A program made the position numbers and the translations under genes. This document shows positions 8,046 to 18,212 of a stretch of DNA of 64,000 nt, one piece after another. Source of the stretch: a virus; the IMG/VR virus record IMGVR_UViG_3300028610_002873; one strand, 5' to 3'. Under the pieces are notes generated by a model that did no database searches, was not told where the DNA came from, and was given only the letters and a program-made list of their open reading frames with translations. The first letter of the stretch is position 1. Each line of letters starts with the position of its first letter.

Positions 8046-10412
8046 TTATTTTCCTATACCCAATCCGTTAGTTAAAAGTTCTGTTTTATTTAAAACTGTT
8101 CTTCCATTTGCTTCACTATTTTCAATCATTCCTTTTGTGACAGCTAATACTAAATCTTTATTTCTTAATCTAAATTCACCTTGTAAATTCACATTTGTTT
8201 GTTGAGATGCTTGCCCCTGTCTACCTTGATTGGCAGATAATTGTCTTATTTCACTCAATAAAGCATCTTCACTTGGGGTTTTAACAGATGCTTTTTGTTT
8301 TAATGTTTCAGTAGTAATTCTTTTAAAATTAAGATCAGCATTTAAATCACTATTATTTATTCTAGGTGTTACTGAAACTCCAATTCCAGCTAATGCATCT
8401 ATTCCTGCAATACCTGGAAGTGCTGATAAAGCTGATTTAATTCCACTTGTTGTTAAACCAAGTTTATCAAGAAATGAAGTTGGTAAAAAACCAACAAGTC
8501 CAGCAAATAAAATTTTAAGTGTGGATATAACTGCTTTGAATGGGAATAATAATGCTTGAATAATAGATGATCGTATTTTAAACAGAATACTTATTAATGG
8601 TTGTGCAAAAAAATCTTTTACTGAATTAAATGCGGATATGGCAGTATCCTTTATTTCTTTTCTAAAAATAAATAAAACTGCTCCAATTCCCGCTATTCCA
8701 GCAATTATTAATCCAATCGGGCTGAGTAGAAATGAAAAAAGACCAAAAGCTGCAACAAGAACAAATTTCATTACAGCAAATATTCCAAGTAAGACTGACC
8801 CCATTAAACTAAACAATCCAATTATCCCACTAATAGCACCGCCGATAACAAAAAATGCAATTCCAAGAAATCCTAAAATTGGTGCTGCAACGGCACCAAT
8901 GATAAGAATTTTTGCTGCAATTTTTCCAAAATCTTTTGCTGATAAACCAGTTAAATCAATAATTGGTTTTAAAAAATTACTAATTGTTTTAAAAGTATCT
9001 TTTGCTGTTGTTTTTATTTCTTTGAATCCTTCTTTAAATCCTTCTGCAAATAAAATTGATGAAATTAATAATCCTGCAAATTGATTATCTTTTAAATTTT
9101 TCATCTCTTTATTTAAATTTATTGTTTCACCACCAGCAAGTTGAAATCCTCTTACTAAAACTTGAATAAACTGTACTGATTTTTTTACAAGTGGTTCAAT
9201 CCCAAGAGCTAAAATTGCACCAATTTCAATTCCTAATCCTTCTGTAGCAGATTTTAAAAGTGTAAATTGGCCTATTAAACTTCTTAATCTAATTTTAGCC
9301 ATTAAAGTAGCTGAACCTGCTGCACCTAATAATTGAACTCGTAATGCAGTAATAAATGGAATAGTCCCTTCTGAAAGAATTTTATTAATTTCTTCTTGGC
9401 TTTTCCCTAATTTTTTAAATCCGGCAATTAAAAATCCTGAATTTTTGTTAGTAATTTTTACACTTCTACTAAATTGCGCATCAAAAGCACTAAAGGCCCC
9501 CGCGCCTCTTAATCCAAAAACTTCAAATGCAATTCTTGCTTTTTCAGCTGGATCTCGAATTGCAGCGATCTTTTTCGAAATGTTTGCCATAATAACAGGC
9601 ACTGGTCGAAGTTTAATTTGTCCATCAACTACTTCTTTCATTGCTCTAGCAAGACCTTCTTTTCCACCTAACGCTTTAAGTGCTAATTTACTAGGCTTAG
9701 TCAATCTGACTAAAGCATTTTTAAAAGCAGTTCCAGCAAGTGTACCTTTAATACCAGCATTTGAAATAATACCTAATGCAGCAGCAGTTTCTTCAAATGG
9801 AATTCCAAGTTGTTTTGCAGCTGGACCAGCAAGTTTTAAAGCATCTCCTAATTCAATCATGTTTGTATTAGTTCTTGCTGTCGCAAGGGCCAATACGTCT
9901 GCGACTCGAACGGCTTCTTTTGCTTCTAAACCAAATGCTCCTAATTGATTAACTGTAATTCTTGCTGAATCAGCCAAGGTAATTCCAGATGCAGCAGCTG
10001 CATCTAAAACGCCTGGGAGTGCAGCAATGACTTGTCGTTGATTTAATCCTGCTCTGGCAAGAAATTCTGCTCCTTCACCAGCTTGTTTTGCTGTAAAAAT
10101 TGTAGTCGCCCCAAGAAGTTTTGTTGTACTATTTAATTCTTTCATATCTTCATCAGTAGATAAAAGAATTGCCTGAACAGTTGCCATTTGCGCTTCAAAA
10201 CTTGCAAAAGTTTTAATAGCAGCAGCAGCTCCAATTGTAAGTGGTGCTAATCCAATTCCTGCTGAACGTAATCCTTGACCAACTCGACTTACTGCTTCAC
10301 TTGCTTTTCTGACTGAAGAACGAAAACTATTAAATTTTGCTTTAGTTCGTTGAAGGGAGCGTTCTGCACCAGTTGAGCTAAATCTTAAGATGGCATTTAA
10401 TTGAAAAGCCAT
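8046..10412 (-). CDS. tail tape measure protein, 788 aa
   Basis: The N-terminal half is Ala/Gly/Leu-rich and helical (TMP core-like: LGATTIFTAKQAGEGAEFLARAGL). Hydrophobic segments lie in the middle. Its position after the chaperone pair fits. Confidence 0.85.
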   Translation of the reverse strand: MAFQLNAILRFSSTGAERSLQRTKAKFNSFRSSVRKASEAVSRVGQGLRSAGIGLAPLTIGAAAAIKTFASFEAQMATVQAILLSTDEDMKELNSTTKLLGATTIFTAKQAGEGAEFLARAGLNQRQVIAALPGVLDAAAASGITLADSARITVNQLGAFGLEAKEAVRVADVLALATARTNTNMIELGDALKLAGPAAKQLGIPFEETAAALGIISNAGIKGTLAGTAFKNALVRLTKPSKLALKALGGKEGLARAMKEVVDGQIKLRPVPVIMANISKKIAAIRDPAEKARIAFEVFGLRGAGAFSAFDAQFSRSVKITNKNSGFLIAGFKKLGKSQEEINKILSEGTIPFITALRVQLLGAAGSATLMAKIRLRSLIGQFTLLKSATEGLGIEIGAILALGIEPLVKKSVQFIQVLVRGFQLAGGETINLNKEMKNLKDNQFAGLLISSILFAEGFKEGFKEIKTTAKDTFKTISNFLKPIIDLTGLSAKDFGKIAAKILIIGAVAAPILGFLGIAFFVIGGAISGIIGLFSLMGSVLLGIFAVMKFVLVAAFGLFSFLLSPIGLIIAGIAGIGAVLFIFRKEIKDTAISAFNSVKDFFAQPLISILFKIRSSIIQALLFPFKAVISTLKILFAGLVGFLPTSFLDKLGLTTSGIKSALSALPGIAGIDALAGIGVSVTPRINNSDLNADLNFKRITTETLKQKASVKTPSEDALLSEIRQLSANQGRQGQASQQTNVNLQGEFRLRNKDLVLAVTKGMIENSEANGRTVLNKTELLTNGLGIGK

Positions 10413-10431
10413 TTATTTTTTCTCCCCCTAT

Positions 10432-10689
10432 TTATTTCCCCAAATATTTCATTTTACCAGTTGTTGTAGGTTTAATGCTTGATTTTGATTTCTCCATTGC
10501 TCTAGTTTCATCAATTTTTTGTTTTGTTAATCTTTTTAAGGCAAAAAAGAAATCCTTCCTTTTCATCTTTCGAATCTCCGTCCAAGTCACACCGCCTTGC
10601 ATGTTGTAGGACAAAACAAATTTGCCCTCCAATATTTCATCCCTTGCGGTTATAGGGATGAACTGTCGAAAAAATATTGATAACTCCAA
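10432..10689 (-). CDS. -1 frame extension ORF (gpT-like part of a G-T fusion)
   Basis: It overlaps the 3' end of the chaperone ORF in the -1 frame and has no own ATG (TTG only in the track). The reading frame opens exactly across the T_TTT_TTC site. Confidence 0.55.
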   Translation of the reverse strand: MELSIFFRQFIPITARDEILEGKFVLSYNMQGGVTWTEIRKMKRKDFFFALKRLTKQKIDETRAMEKSKSSIKPTTTGKMKYLGK

Positions 10690-11519
10690 TCTATAGCTTT
10701 ATAAAAAGGTCTTTTACAATGGCTACATTTACCTTCCATCGCCATAAGTGGACCCCCACTATTATCTGTTATCAATTCTGAAATTTTCTCAATATCAATT
10801 TTTTTCAACTTTTTAATAATAGTTTTAATATCGAAAAATTTTGTATTATCTGGTTTAGAAGTGGAAACTTTTTCGATACTTGTTTCAAAAAGTAATTTTT
10901 TCATCTTACCTGCATTTTGAACAACACTAATATCCGCCTTTTCCATTGTATACCATTTTGAATGGTTTACCCAAATTGTAGTGATAATATCTTTATCAAT
11001 ATGAATTGGTTTTGCTAAATCATATCTTTTTAATCGTTCATGTTCTTCATTTTTTTGATGAATTTCTAAAGTTTTAAGATCTGCTTTAAAATTTTTCATT
11101 AATTTAAAACAACTTGGACACGATATTTCCATTTTTAATTCATATCCAAGTTCTTCAGTTCGAAGAAACATGTACATATACATCATGTTTGCAAAATCGA
11201 CTTGATTTAATTTTGCAGTTTTCTGATCGTCTGAAAATGATTTGAAGTCTTCACCCGCAAGTTGATCTAATAAAATGCCCATCATTTTATTAATCATTAT
11301 TCCGACATTATTTTCATCATTCCAAATTGCAGCGATTTTTTCTTCAATATCCATATCCCATTCAATAAAACTGAAACTACGATCCTTGATAAAAGCACCG
11401 TCTTCTCTCGTTGGGATAACAGGCAGGTTTGGTCCTAGATCAAATAGTGTTGTAATTTCATACGGTTTATCACTAAATGATTTTTTTTCTTGTTTTACGT
11501 TTTCTTCTTTATTTTCCAT
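10650..11519 (-). CDS. tail assembly chaperone (gpG-like position), unusually large, with two CxxC pairs
   Basis: Lies between the tube and tape measure genes. The track starts at a TTG (11534). The ATG at 11519 has GGGGGAA 7 nt upstream. Motifs CPSC...CSHC are present. It ends 18 nt after a slippery heptamer. Confidence 0.6.
   Translation of the reverse strand: MENKEENVKQEKKSFSDKPYEITTLFDLGPNLPVIPTREDGAFIKDRSFSFIEWDMDIEEKIAAIWNDENNVGIMINKMMGILLDQLAGEDFKSFSDDQKTAKLNQVDFANMMYMYMFLRTEELGYELKMEISCPSCFKLMKNFKADLKTLEIHQKNEEHERLKRYDLAKPIHIDKDIITTIWVNHSKWYTMEKADISVVQNAGKMKKLLFETSIEKVSTSKPDNTKFFDIKTIIKKLKKIDIEKISELITDNSGGPLMAMEGKCSHCKRPFYKAIDWSYQYFFDSSSL
10668..10674 (-). other. programmed -1 ribosomal frameshift heptamer T_TTT_TTC
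   Basis: The zero frame reads TAT TTT TTC (Y F F). After a -1 slip the reading continues CGA CAG TTC, which is FFRQF of the 10432..10689 ORF. Confidence 0.55.
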
Positions 11520-11590
11520 TTTGCATTCCCCCAATTAATAATCTTTTTGATTATTTTGTTTGGAACGTTAATTAATTTTATAAATCGTAC

Positions 11591-11609
11591 TGTTTTACAA
11601 TGTTATACA
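11591..11609. promoter_or_regulatory. TGTTATACA-type dyad (TGTTTTACA a TGTTATACA) upstream of the chaperone/TMP operon
   Basis: Direct dyad in the tube-chaperone intergenic region. It belongs to a recurring motif family. Confidence 0.5.
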
Positions 11610-11634
11610 ATTATCTTACTTTAAAACCTCTCGA

Positions 11635-12078
11635 TTAAACAGGGAGTGGTCTATCAGCAGAAAATGTCCATTCAAGCATTGCTGGTTCACCTTCATTTGC
11701 GAGATCCAAATCGGGTGTCTTTTTCTTCAGAATCCACAATCCAGTCAAAGAGGTAGTCGATGCTATGTTTCCAAAGATACTGCGCTTAACAAGCGTTCCT
11801 ACCTTCTTGTAGAGCGGATCTACAGGATCTCTACCTTGAACAAACCAAAATTGTAATGCTGTGCGCTCTGCAACATGATGTTCAAAGGTTGTTCCTGTAA
11901 ATTCGATTGGTTTGCTATTACCACCAGATGCTTTAGTTCTATCTGGTAAATCGACAGCTTCAGTTTCATCTTCAAATCCTGTAAGAGTTGCAAAAACAAT
12001 CGGAGGAAGGCCGACGATTATTAATGAATAATTATTTACAGGAATATGACCAGCTTGAACCGATCCTTGTAAAACCAT
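11635..12078 (-). CDS. contractile tail tube protein, 147 aa
   Basis: Size and position after the sheath gene fit. The N-terminus (IPVNNYSLIIVGLPPIVFATLTGFEDETEAVDLPDRT) resembles the gp19/TIGR02241-type tube family. Confidence 0.75.
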   Translation of the reverse strand: MVLQGSVQAGHIPVNNYSLIIVGLPPIVFATLTGFEDETEAVDLPDRTKASGGNSKPIEFTGTTFEHHVAERTALQFWFVQGRDPVDPLYKKVGTLVKRSIFGNIASTTSLTGLWILKKKTPDLDLANEGEPAMLEWTFSADRPLPV

Positions 12079-12109
12079 ATTGTTCTCCTTTTTTAATCAA
12101 CTAAAAATA

Positions 12110-14752
12110 TTATGTTTCTTCTGTAACTCCCAATTTCGAAATTCTGATAATGAATCTCTCAACGGTATCTGCCAATCTCAATTGAATTTCTGCATTCAAA
12201 TCGCCAGCAGCTCTTGTGGCATCAGTGTTATTTTCATCATCAATTTTAATTCGAGCAGCATCATCGACATCTTTACCTCGAATTGCGCCTTTGGCAAATT
12301 CAGGAATAAAGAATGCTCTAAATGCTGAAATAAGACTTTGTTGGGCCTCATCATCATTAAGTGCGAAAATAATGAAATCAAAGTTTTCAAGAAAGATGTT
12401 TTCAAAGTGAGACATCGTTTCGCGTTGGTGTTTGAATTTAAATGCTGTATCAAGACCAACAGTACGATCACCCCACATAATGAAGTTACCTTCTTTACGT
12501 TTGATAATATTAATTCCAGCAGGATTTAAAAATTCTTCATCCAATTCTTTTCCTTCTAAACCGTCTGGAAGTTTAACGATATTTGAAAGAATAACATCAA
12601 CACCAGCTGCTGCTTTATGAAATCCATCGAAATCATTTGCTACTCTAGCTTCTTTTCCATGAATAGCACCAGTCAGGCTAATTAATTTATTTCCTGGTCC
12701 TTCTGTATTTACAACAAATGCAAATGATGGAAAATGAACAACTCCAAAATCATTTTTTCCAAGTGTTTCAGAAATAAATTCATCAACTGCTTGTTCATCA
12801 ACAATATTGGATGGAACTTCATATCTATATTGCCAATTTTGACTTGCAGCAAATGCTACCCCTGCTTTTTGTACAGCAGCAACAGTGTTACCTGGACTTG
12901 CCAATTTAACTAATCCAAGATTTCTATTTCTTAAGCCTTTTAATGCTGAAGTTCCGGTATTATAAGCATCAATAAAATCTTGGTCAGCAATTTCAGAAAG
13001 TCCATCAAACCCAGCACTCAACTCCTGAATATATTCGACTCTAAAATTATCACCCAATGCTGCATCAACTGTCATATCTGATCCAGCTGCAACTGTTATT
13101 GAGCCAGCAGTATTAGAAACAATTCTAAAACGCTTTCTTCTTTCAATAACATTTGGAATTAAAATCCCATCAACAAGTTTACCAACTTCAAGTGGACAAA
13201 CTCGAAGGATAATCGTGTCGGCGACTGCAAATACTTTTGTCGAATCCTTTGAAGTATCAATAATTGTGAAACCAACTCCAAATTCATTTGGTGCTGCAAA
13301 CGCAACTCCTGAAGTTACTGTAAGACCAGTCAAGAATGGCATTTTTTCAGAAACATAATCCCAAATTTGATCTAATCCACCTGCAAGTGTAGCTCCGCCC
13401 CAAGTTGGTTGACCACCACCTCCAGCGGAAGTTGTAGTAAATGCATTACCAGCAAGACCTGCTGTTTGCGCAAACAAATCCATCGTGGATGCTGATGCTT
13501 TTTCAGCAAAAAGAAGATCAAGCAACAACACATCTTGGCTTGCATTAATAAACGCTACGAGATTATCAAGCGTTGCTTCCGCTGAACCGCCAATTAAAAC
13601 TTCAGCAGTTGCATCTGCAACTACAGTTTTGAAAGTGATTGTCTTACCATTAATTACAACAGTATCTGCATCAGCAGGTTGACCAGGGAAAGTTGCAAGA
13701 CCTGCGGCTCTTGCACCAGCAGTCGATACTGTCAAAGTTACTCGGTCTAAAATAACGGATGCTCCAAGAGTCAATGGCGCTGCTTTTGCAGTTGCAGCAG
13801 CAACAGAAGAAACTACTTCATCATGAATTTTTGCAGTCAATACTGTTGAAGTAAGTGTCAATGATTTACTAAACACGTTTGCTGGTCGAATTGCAGCGCT
13901 AACTGATCCAACAAATAAATCTTCTGCTTTAAGTAAGAAATCAGCATTTGGATCATCATTAATGGTATTTAAAAAATATTTCAATGAATTTGGATCAGAA
14001 CTAAGATTATCTAAATCTTTTACTTTAACTGCGATTCCACCTTCGACCAAATAAACTTCAAGCCCCCATTCATCAGCAGGTTGGTCTAAACCTTCTTTTA
14101 TTAAAACAGCTAAAGCTAATCCATCATTTAAAAGTTCAGCAGAAAATAATAAATTCGCACTTCCATCAATTTCAACTACTAAATCAATATCAGATGGTAC
14201 TGTAATAACTCCTAATGCGGTATTTGAAAGAATTTCAAAAGATTTTCCAGGTACAGCAGAAAGTGTTAATTTCCCACCTGCTAATTCATCTTTTTTCAAA
14301 CCAGCTGGTATATTAGTAAATGTGATTGTAGTAGGAGTAATAGCGGCATAAGAATCAACATGTTTTTGTTTCTTTCCAGCCCAACGTCCACCATTTCCAG
14401 CAAGCCATTTAATTGAATCGCCACGAACATCAAGACGATTTTTTTGAATTAATTCAGCGGCTTTTTCATTTCCATCAGTTACTCGACTAAGCCATAATGA
14501 GCCAGCAGCGGCACCTTGGTCAAAAAAATCAAAAGCGGCATCAGGACCAAGTGATTCAGGAATTCGATTTCCTGCTTTAAATTTAAATTGAGTTTCATTT
14601 AGGGCAAGAAATGCTTTTCCAACCGGGCCTTTTTGTAAAACGGTAGTATAAGCAGTCGTTCCTAAAGCGCCTGGTTCAATTGTACCAGCGGCTTGTTCTT
14701 CAATGATTGCAACTCCAGCACCCCTTAACGGTCCAAATCTTCGTTGTGCCAT
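12110..14752 (-). CDS. contractile tail sheath protein with large inserted domains, 880 aa
   Basis: N-terminus GVAIIEEQAAGTIEPGALGTTAYTT and C-terminus AIHGKEARV...NPAGINIIKRKEGNFIMWGDRT are typical of sheath proteins. It lies directly upstream of the tube gene. Confidence 0.85.
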   Translation of the reverse strand: MAQRRFGPLRGAGVAIIEEQAAGTIEPGALGTTAYTTVLQKGPVGKAFLALNETQFKFKAGNRIPESLGPDAAFDFFDQGAAAGSLWLSRVTDGNEKAAELIQKNRLDVRGDSIKWLAGNGGRWAGKKQKHVDSYAAITPTTITFTNIPAGLKKDELAGGKLTLSAVPGKSFEILSNTALGVITVPSDIDLVVEIDGSANLLFSAELLNDGLALAVLIKEGLDQPADEWGLEVYLVEGGIAVKVKDLDNLSSDPNSLKYFLNTINDDPNADFLLKAEDLFVGSVSAAIRPANVFSKSLTLTSTVLTAKIHDEVVSSVAAATAKAAPLTLGASVILDRVTLTVSTAGARAAGLATFPGQPADADTVVINGKTITFKTVVADATAEVLIGGSAEATLDNLVAFINASQDVLLLDLLFAEKASASTMDLFAQTAGLAGNAFTTTSAGGGGQPTWGGATLAGGLDQIWDYVSEKMPFLTGLTVTSGVAFAAPNEFGVGFTIIDTSKDSTKVFAVADTIILRVCPLEVGKLVDGILIPNVIERRKRFRIVSNTAGSITVAAGSDMTVDAALGDNFRVEYIQELSAGFDGLSEIADQDFIDAYNTGTSALKGLRNRNLGLVKLASPGNTVAAVQKAGVAFAASQNWQYRYEVPSNIVDEQAVDEFISETLGKNDFGVVHFPSFAFVVNTEGPGNKLISLTGAIHGKEARVANDFDGFHKAAAGVDVILSNIVKLPDGLEGKELDEEFLNPAGINIIKRKEGNFIMWGDRTVGLDTAFKFKHQRETMSHFENIFLENFDFIIFALNDDEAQQSLISAFRAFFIPEFAKGAIRGKDVDDAARIKIDDENNTDATRAAGDLNAEIQLRLADTVERFIIRISKLGVTEET

Positions 14753-14779
14753 AACTTTTTACCCCTTTTTATAGTTCAT

Positions 14780-14798
14780 AGTATAACAGTGTTTTACA
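14780..14798. promoter_or_regulatory. degenerate inverted TGTTATACA-type dyad (aGTATAACA g TGTTTTACA) 27 nt upstream of the sheath ATG
   Basis: Intergenic location; member of the motif family. Confidence 0.45.
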
Positions 14799-14812
14799 TT
14801 TCAACCAAAAAA

Positions 14813-16144
14813 TTATTGTAATGATGTAATTACCCCCAAACCACCATCCGCGACAAGTGGTACATCTTTTGACAATTTGTCATAAAAACTCACTGCTAAT
14901 AGTTCAAAACTACCTGTTGCAGTCATTGTATCAGTAGCGTCATCGGCACCACCAGCTTCTTTAGAAGCTTTATTACGACTCGTGTCAATTCTATCGACTA
15001 AATCTAGATCATATCCACTTGCTAGTCCAAAAGAAGTGATTGATTTTTTGTTTGCAAAAAACCTATTAAAATCATTTTGAAGTAATATTTGATCTAATTG
15101 TCGATCAGTAAATATAGCAAATTCAAATCGGATTGCTTCTTGTCTGGCACCAAATTGTAGAACAGCTGTAAGATTTGGTTTATCCCTTACAAAATCTTTT
15201 CCAATATTATTTGTATCTTGAACAGTAAAACCGGGCCTATCAAATGCACGAATGCTTTCAAAAATCATGCTAGGAAATTCTGGTACTTGAAAAAAGTCTT
15301 GTGATTGTCTCACATAAATCCTTGGAAAATATTCAAACGTTATTTCAATCAACTTTCCTAATGCAATCGGTGCATCGAAAGTTACAACCCCCGGTTCATT
15401 TGTAAATCCATCCTGTCTTAACGTGCCAAGTGCATAACTGAGAAATTTATTATCCAATTTTAAAGGATCGTCATCTCTAACAATGACCTTCTTAATTCCA
15501 GTTATGTTGTAATTTTTGTTTTCAAGCACAGTATTTAGATCAACGGTTGAGGCCGTTGCTGTTGCTCGATAAACGACTCGGCTCGTAGACCTGAATTCAT
15601 TATTCAGTGTCCTTATTACACTATCATAAATAAGATCTTCTAAAAATTCAATATCAAATTCACCAAGAATTTTTAATTCTTTGACTTTGGGTGTTAAAAG
15701 TGGGTCAGTTGTAACCAAATTAATAATTAAACCTATTGATTTATCTAAGATTACTGTAGCAATTGGAAGCGTATCAAAATTTGCATTTAAAACACTTTCA
15801 GTCATCCAATCAGAGGCTCCAGCTGTTGCCCATACTGATCCATTCCAAAATAAATCACTCCCAGTAGTTCTTACTTTAAATCCAATACTTGTTCCAGCTG
15901 GTAAATCTTCAAATAAACGTGCTTCAAATTTTAACCATTTTTGAACCGCATTAGGAGTAATCAATGGTGTTTTAATATAAAGATTAGCATCCAAAGGAAA
16001 TTTATCATTTACATCTGCTTTTAATTGAATGAAAGTTTCAGCTTTATTTTCTGTATTTAATCTTATTTTTGTTGCGTCTGAAAAGATAAGATCAGATCGT
16101 ATGCTTTCGTCAAAAGTAAAATTTTTAATTAATCGATTTATCAT
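14813..16144 (-). CDS. hypothetical virion (neck/tail) protein, 443 aa
   Basis: Large ORF immediately upstream of the sheath gene, with a 1-nt overlap with the upstream ORF. Confidence 0.5.
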   Translation of the reverse strand: MINRLIKNFTFDESIRSDLIFSDATKIRLNTENKAETFIQLKADVNDKFPLDANLYIKTPLITPNAVQKWLKFEARLFEDLPAGTSIGFKVRTTGSDLFWNGSVWATAGASDWMTESVLNANFDTLPIATVILDKSIGLIINLVTTDPLLTPKVKELKILGEFDIEFLEDLIYDSVIRTLNNEFRSTSRVVYRATATASTVDLNTVLENKNYNITGIKKVIVRDDDPLKLDNKFLSYALGTLRQDGFTNEPGVVTFDAPIALGKLIEITFEYFPRIYVRQSQDFFQVPEFPSMIFESIRAFDRPGFTVQDTNNIGKDFVRDKPNLTAVLQFGARQEAIRFEFAIFTDRQLDQILLQNDFNRFFANKKSITSFGLASGYDLDLVDRIDTSRNKASKEAGGADDATDTMTATGSFELLAVSFYDKLSKDVPLVADGGLGVITSLQ

Positions 16145-16788
16145 TATCTGTCCTTAAAATCTGGTGCTCCAATTTTAGTTTTTCTAAATGCTTCTTCTAC
16201 AGCTAATCTCCAATTTCTTTTTATTACTTCTTGTACAGCTTTATTTTTAAAAGTTCTTGTTAAAAATTTTCTTGGTGGTACACGAAAAGTATCTCTGCCA
16301 GATCCCGTATTAACATTTGCTGCTTTACGTGCGCTAGCTGCTTGTCTTCCCCCTTTTTCTCTTAATGCAGCTGCAATTGCTGCCCTCATTTCTTGAGTAA
16401 CAGTAATTGTATAGCCCTCATGTAATAATAGCACAACTTTTTTCATATCAAACGGCGGACTTCCACTTCCTTTACCGCCAGTAGTTTTTATATTTTTTAC
16501 AATTCCAACTTCAGCTTCAAAACTACTTTTTATTTCTTTTGATATTGCCTTTAATAGATTTCTTTGATCAATTAAAGGCGTATTGCCTCTTTTTAAAGCT
16601 ATTGTTAAAGGTGAATTTTTTGTAAATTTTTTCTGGCGTATTGATTCTTTTACTTTTCTAACTAAAAATAATGCATTTTTAATTGTGGATTTTCTAATTT
16701 CTCTTTCTAAAATTTTTAAAGTAATGCCTGAAGTCAAAAAGCGTTGATAATTAACAACGTCACCTGTAATGATGATTCCATCAGACAT
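16144..16788 (-). CDS. putative tail completion / HK97 gp10-like or virion morphogenesis protein, 214 aa
   Basis: Position fits, and the motif TPLIDQRNLLKAISKEI is reminiscent of the tG-L-rSi motif of these families. Confidence 0.4.
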   Translation of the reverse strand: MSDGIIITGDVVNYQRFLTSGITLKILEREIRKSTIKNALFLVRKVKESIRQKKFTKNSPLTIALKRGNTPLIDQRNLLKAISKEIKSSFEAEVGIVKNIKTTGGKGSGSPPFDMKKVVLLLHEGYTITVTQEMRAAIAAALREKGGRQAASARKAANVNTGSGRDTFRVPPRKFLTRTFKNKAVQEVIKRNWRLAVEEAFRKTKIGAPDFKDR

Positions 16789-17228
16789 TATCCTATTGGG
16801 TTCCTATCAGTAAATAACGCGCGAATAAAACTAAATCCACTACCACTAAAATGAGAACTTAAATCACCTGCACTATGAACAAAATAAAGAGGATTAGATA
16901 AAACTCTTTCACCACCATTTGAATCAATAAATTTTATAATTCTATCACCACGTTTAATAGTTTTGCCTAAATCTGTTAAATCTTTAGGACGAATAATTAT
17001 ATAACCACTTGCTTCTTCATCAGTACCAAGTTGGCTAGAATGTTGAACCTGTTCTGTATTTCCGAATACTACTTGTGCTGGAATTACAAATAAAGTTCGA
17101 ACAATATTATTAATTGGTTCTCTGCGACCACCTGGACCAATTGAATACGTTGTTTCGCCTTTATCAATTGATTCAATTTCAAGATTGATTGGTTCAATCA
17201 ATTCAGGTTCATCAAGAAAATTAGACAT
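16788..17228 (-). CDS. putative head closure / head-tail adaptor protein, 146 aa
   Basis: Called on size and synteny only. Confidence 0.35.
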   Translation of the reverse strand: MSNFLDEPELIEPINLEIESIDKGETTYSIGPGGRREPINNIVRTLFVIPAQVVFGNTEQVQHSSQLGTDEEASGYIIIRPKDLTDLGKTIKRGDRIIKFIDSNGGERVLSNPLYFVHSAGDLSSHFSGSGFSFIRALFTDRNPIG

Positions 17229-18183
17229 TATCGATATCCCGTAAAATTTTAAAACTTCCAGATACTAAAAATGGTCTTTTATAAATAGCCAAAATATTAT
17301 TGACCTCTTTATTCCCAGTAGCTTGAAAACCGCGATTAATACCACGATCTTCAAAAAATTCTTTTTCATGTAAATCAACTTTAACTCTACGTAAAGTTCC
17401 AGCAGAAGTTCCAGCAGCTTTTGTACTTCCAAGTTTTGCAATAAGATCAAAAGCAATTAACTTTGTTGCTTTTTGAACTAAAATAGGTGTACTTCCATCT
17501 GGTTCTAAAAATCCAAAACTACCTGTAATTTCAGTTCTAGTATCTTTTAAAAATACTCGATTTGTAAAAACGCCTGAAAAGATACTATCAGTTCGAATAT
17601 TAATTTTAATTTTTGGATTCCATCTGTCATCTTGAGGTTGTGCTCGACCTTTAAAAGCTTCAAAATCTTTATCTTCACCTTCTAAAAGTTCAGTTGAAGT
17701 ATCATTGATTATCAATTTAGTAATTTCAATAATAGGCACATCAAAATGCATCATATGTGAATTATTACCTTCAACTTTAAATACACCAGTTCGTTTATTG
17801 AAAAATCGACCTGTATGCCTATCAATTAATTCCATTGCTTCTAATATTAATTTATTACCCGTTGCTTTTGGAATATCATCAGAATGAAGTAAATTAGCAG
17901 TTCCATTTGCAATTGGATTTTCAGCACCTGTTTTAACAATCCTGAGTCGATCTGGTGAAGCAAGAATTTCAATAATGCAGTCTGGAAATCCTGCTTGGGA
18001 TATAACATCTCCAACTAAAGGTACAGGATCTGCACCAGCAACAACAAAATTATAAATATCTCCGCTGACATCTATTGTTTTAGAGGAAAGAGTAATACTA
18101 GATTTTTTAACTTTAGGATTACCAGCAATCGATAATTCTAAAAGTAAATCTGCATATTCAATATAATTACCTGTGTTATCCAT
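17221..18183 (-). CDS. hypothetical head-tail connector region protein, 320 aa
   Basis: Called on synteny only. Confidence 0.4.
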   Translation of the reverse strand: MDNTGNYIEYADLLLELSIAGNPKVKKSSITLSSKTIDVSGDIYNFVVAGADPVPLVGDVISQAGFPDCIIEILASPDRLRIVKTGAENPIANGTANLLHSDDIPKATGNKLILEAMELIDRHTGRFFNKRTGVFKVEGNNSHMMHFDVPIIEITKLIINDTSTELLEGEDKDFEAFKGRAQPQDDRWNPKIKINIRTDSIFSGVFTNRVFLKDTRTEITGSFGFLEPDGSTPILVQKATKLIAFDLIAKLGSTKAAGTSAGTLRRVKVDLHEKEFFEDRGINRGFQATGNKEVNNILAIYKRPFLVSGSFKILRDIDNV

Positions 18184-18212
18184 TTAGACTCCTTATGACA
18201 GTATAAGTTACC

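Noticed and set aside
8230-9948. Plus-strand ORFs of 109, 148 and 167 aa inside the tape measure gene; similar shadow ORFs include 52771..53286, 19044..19466, 41835..42161 and 46497..46835
   Set aside because: They are antisense shadows of long or tightly packed minus-strand genes. Their composition is low-complexity and mirrors the opposite strand, and they lack RBS or promoter context.
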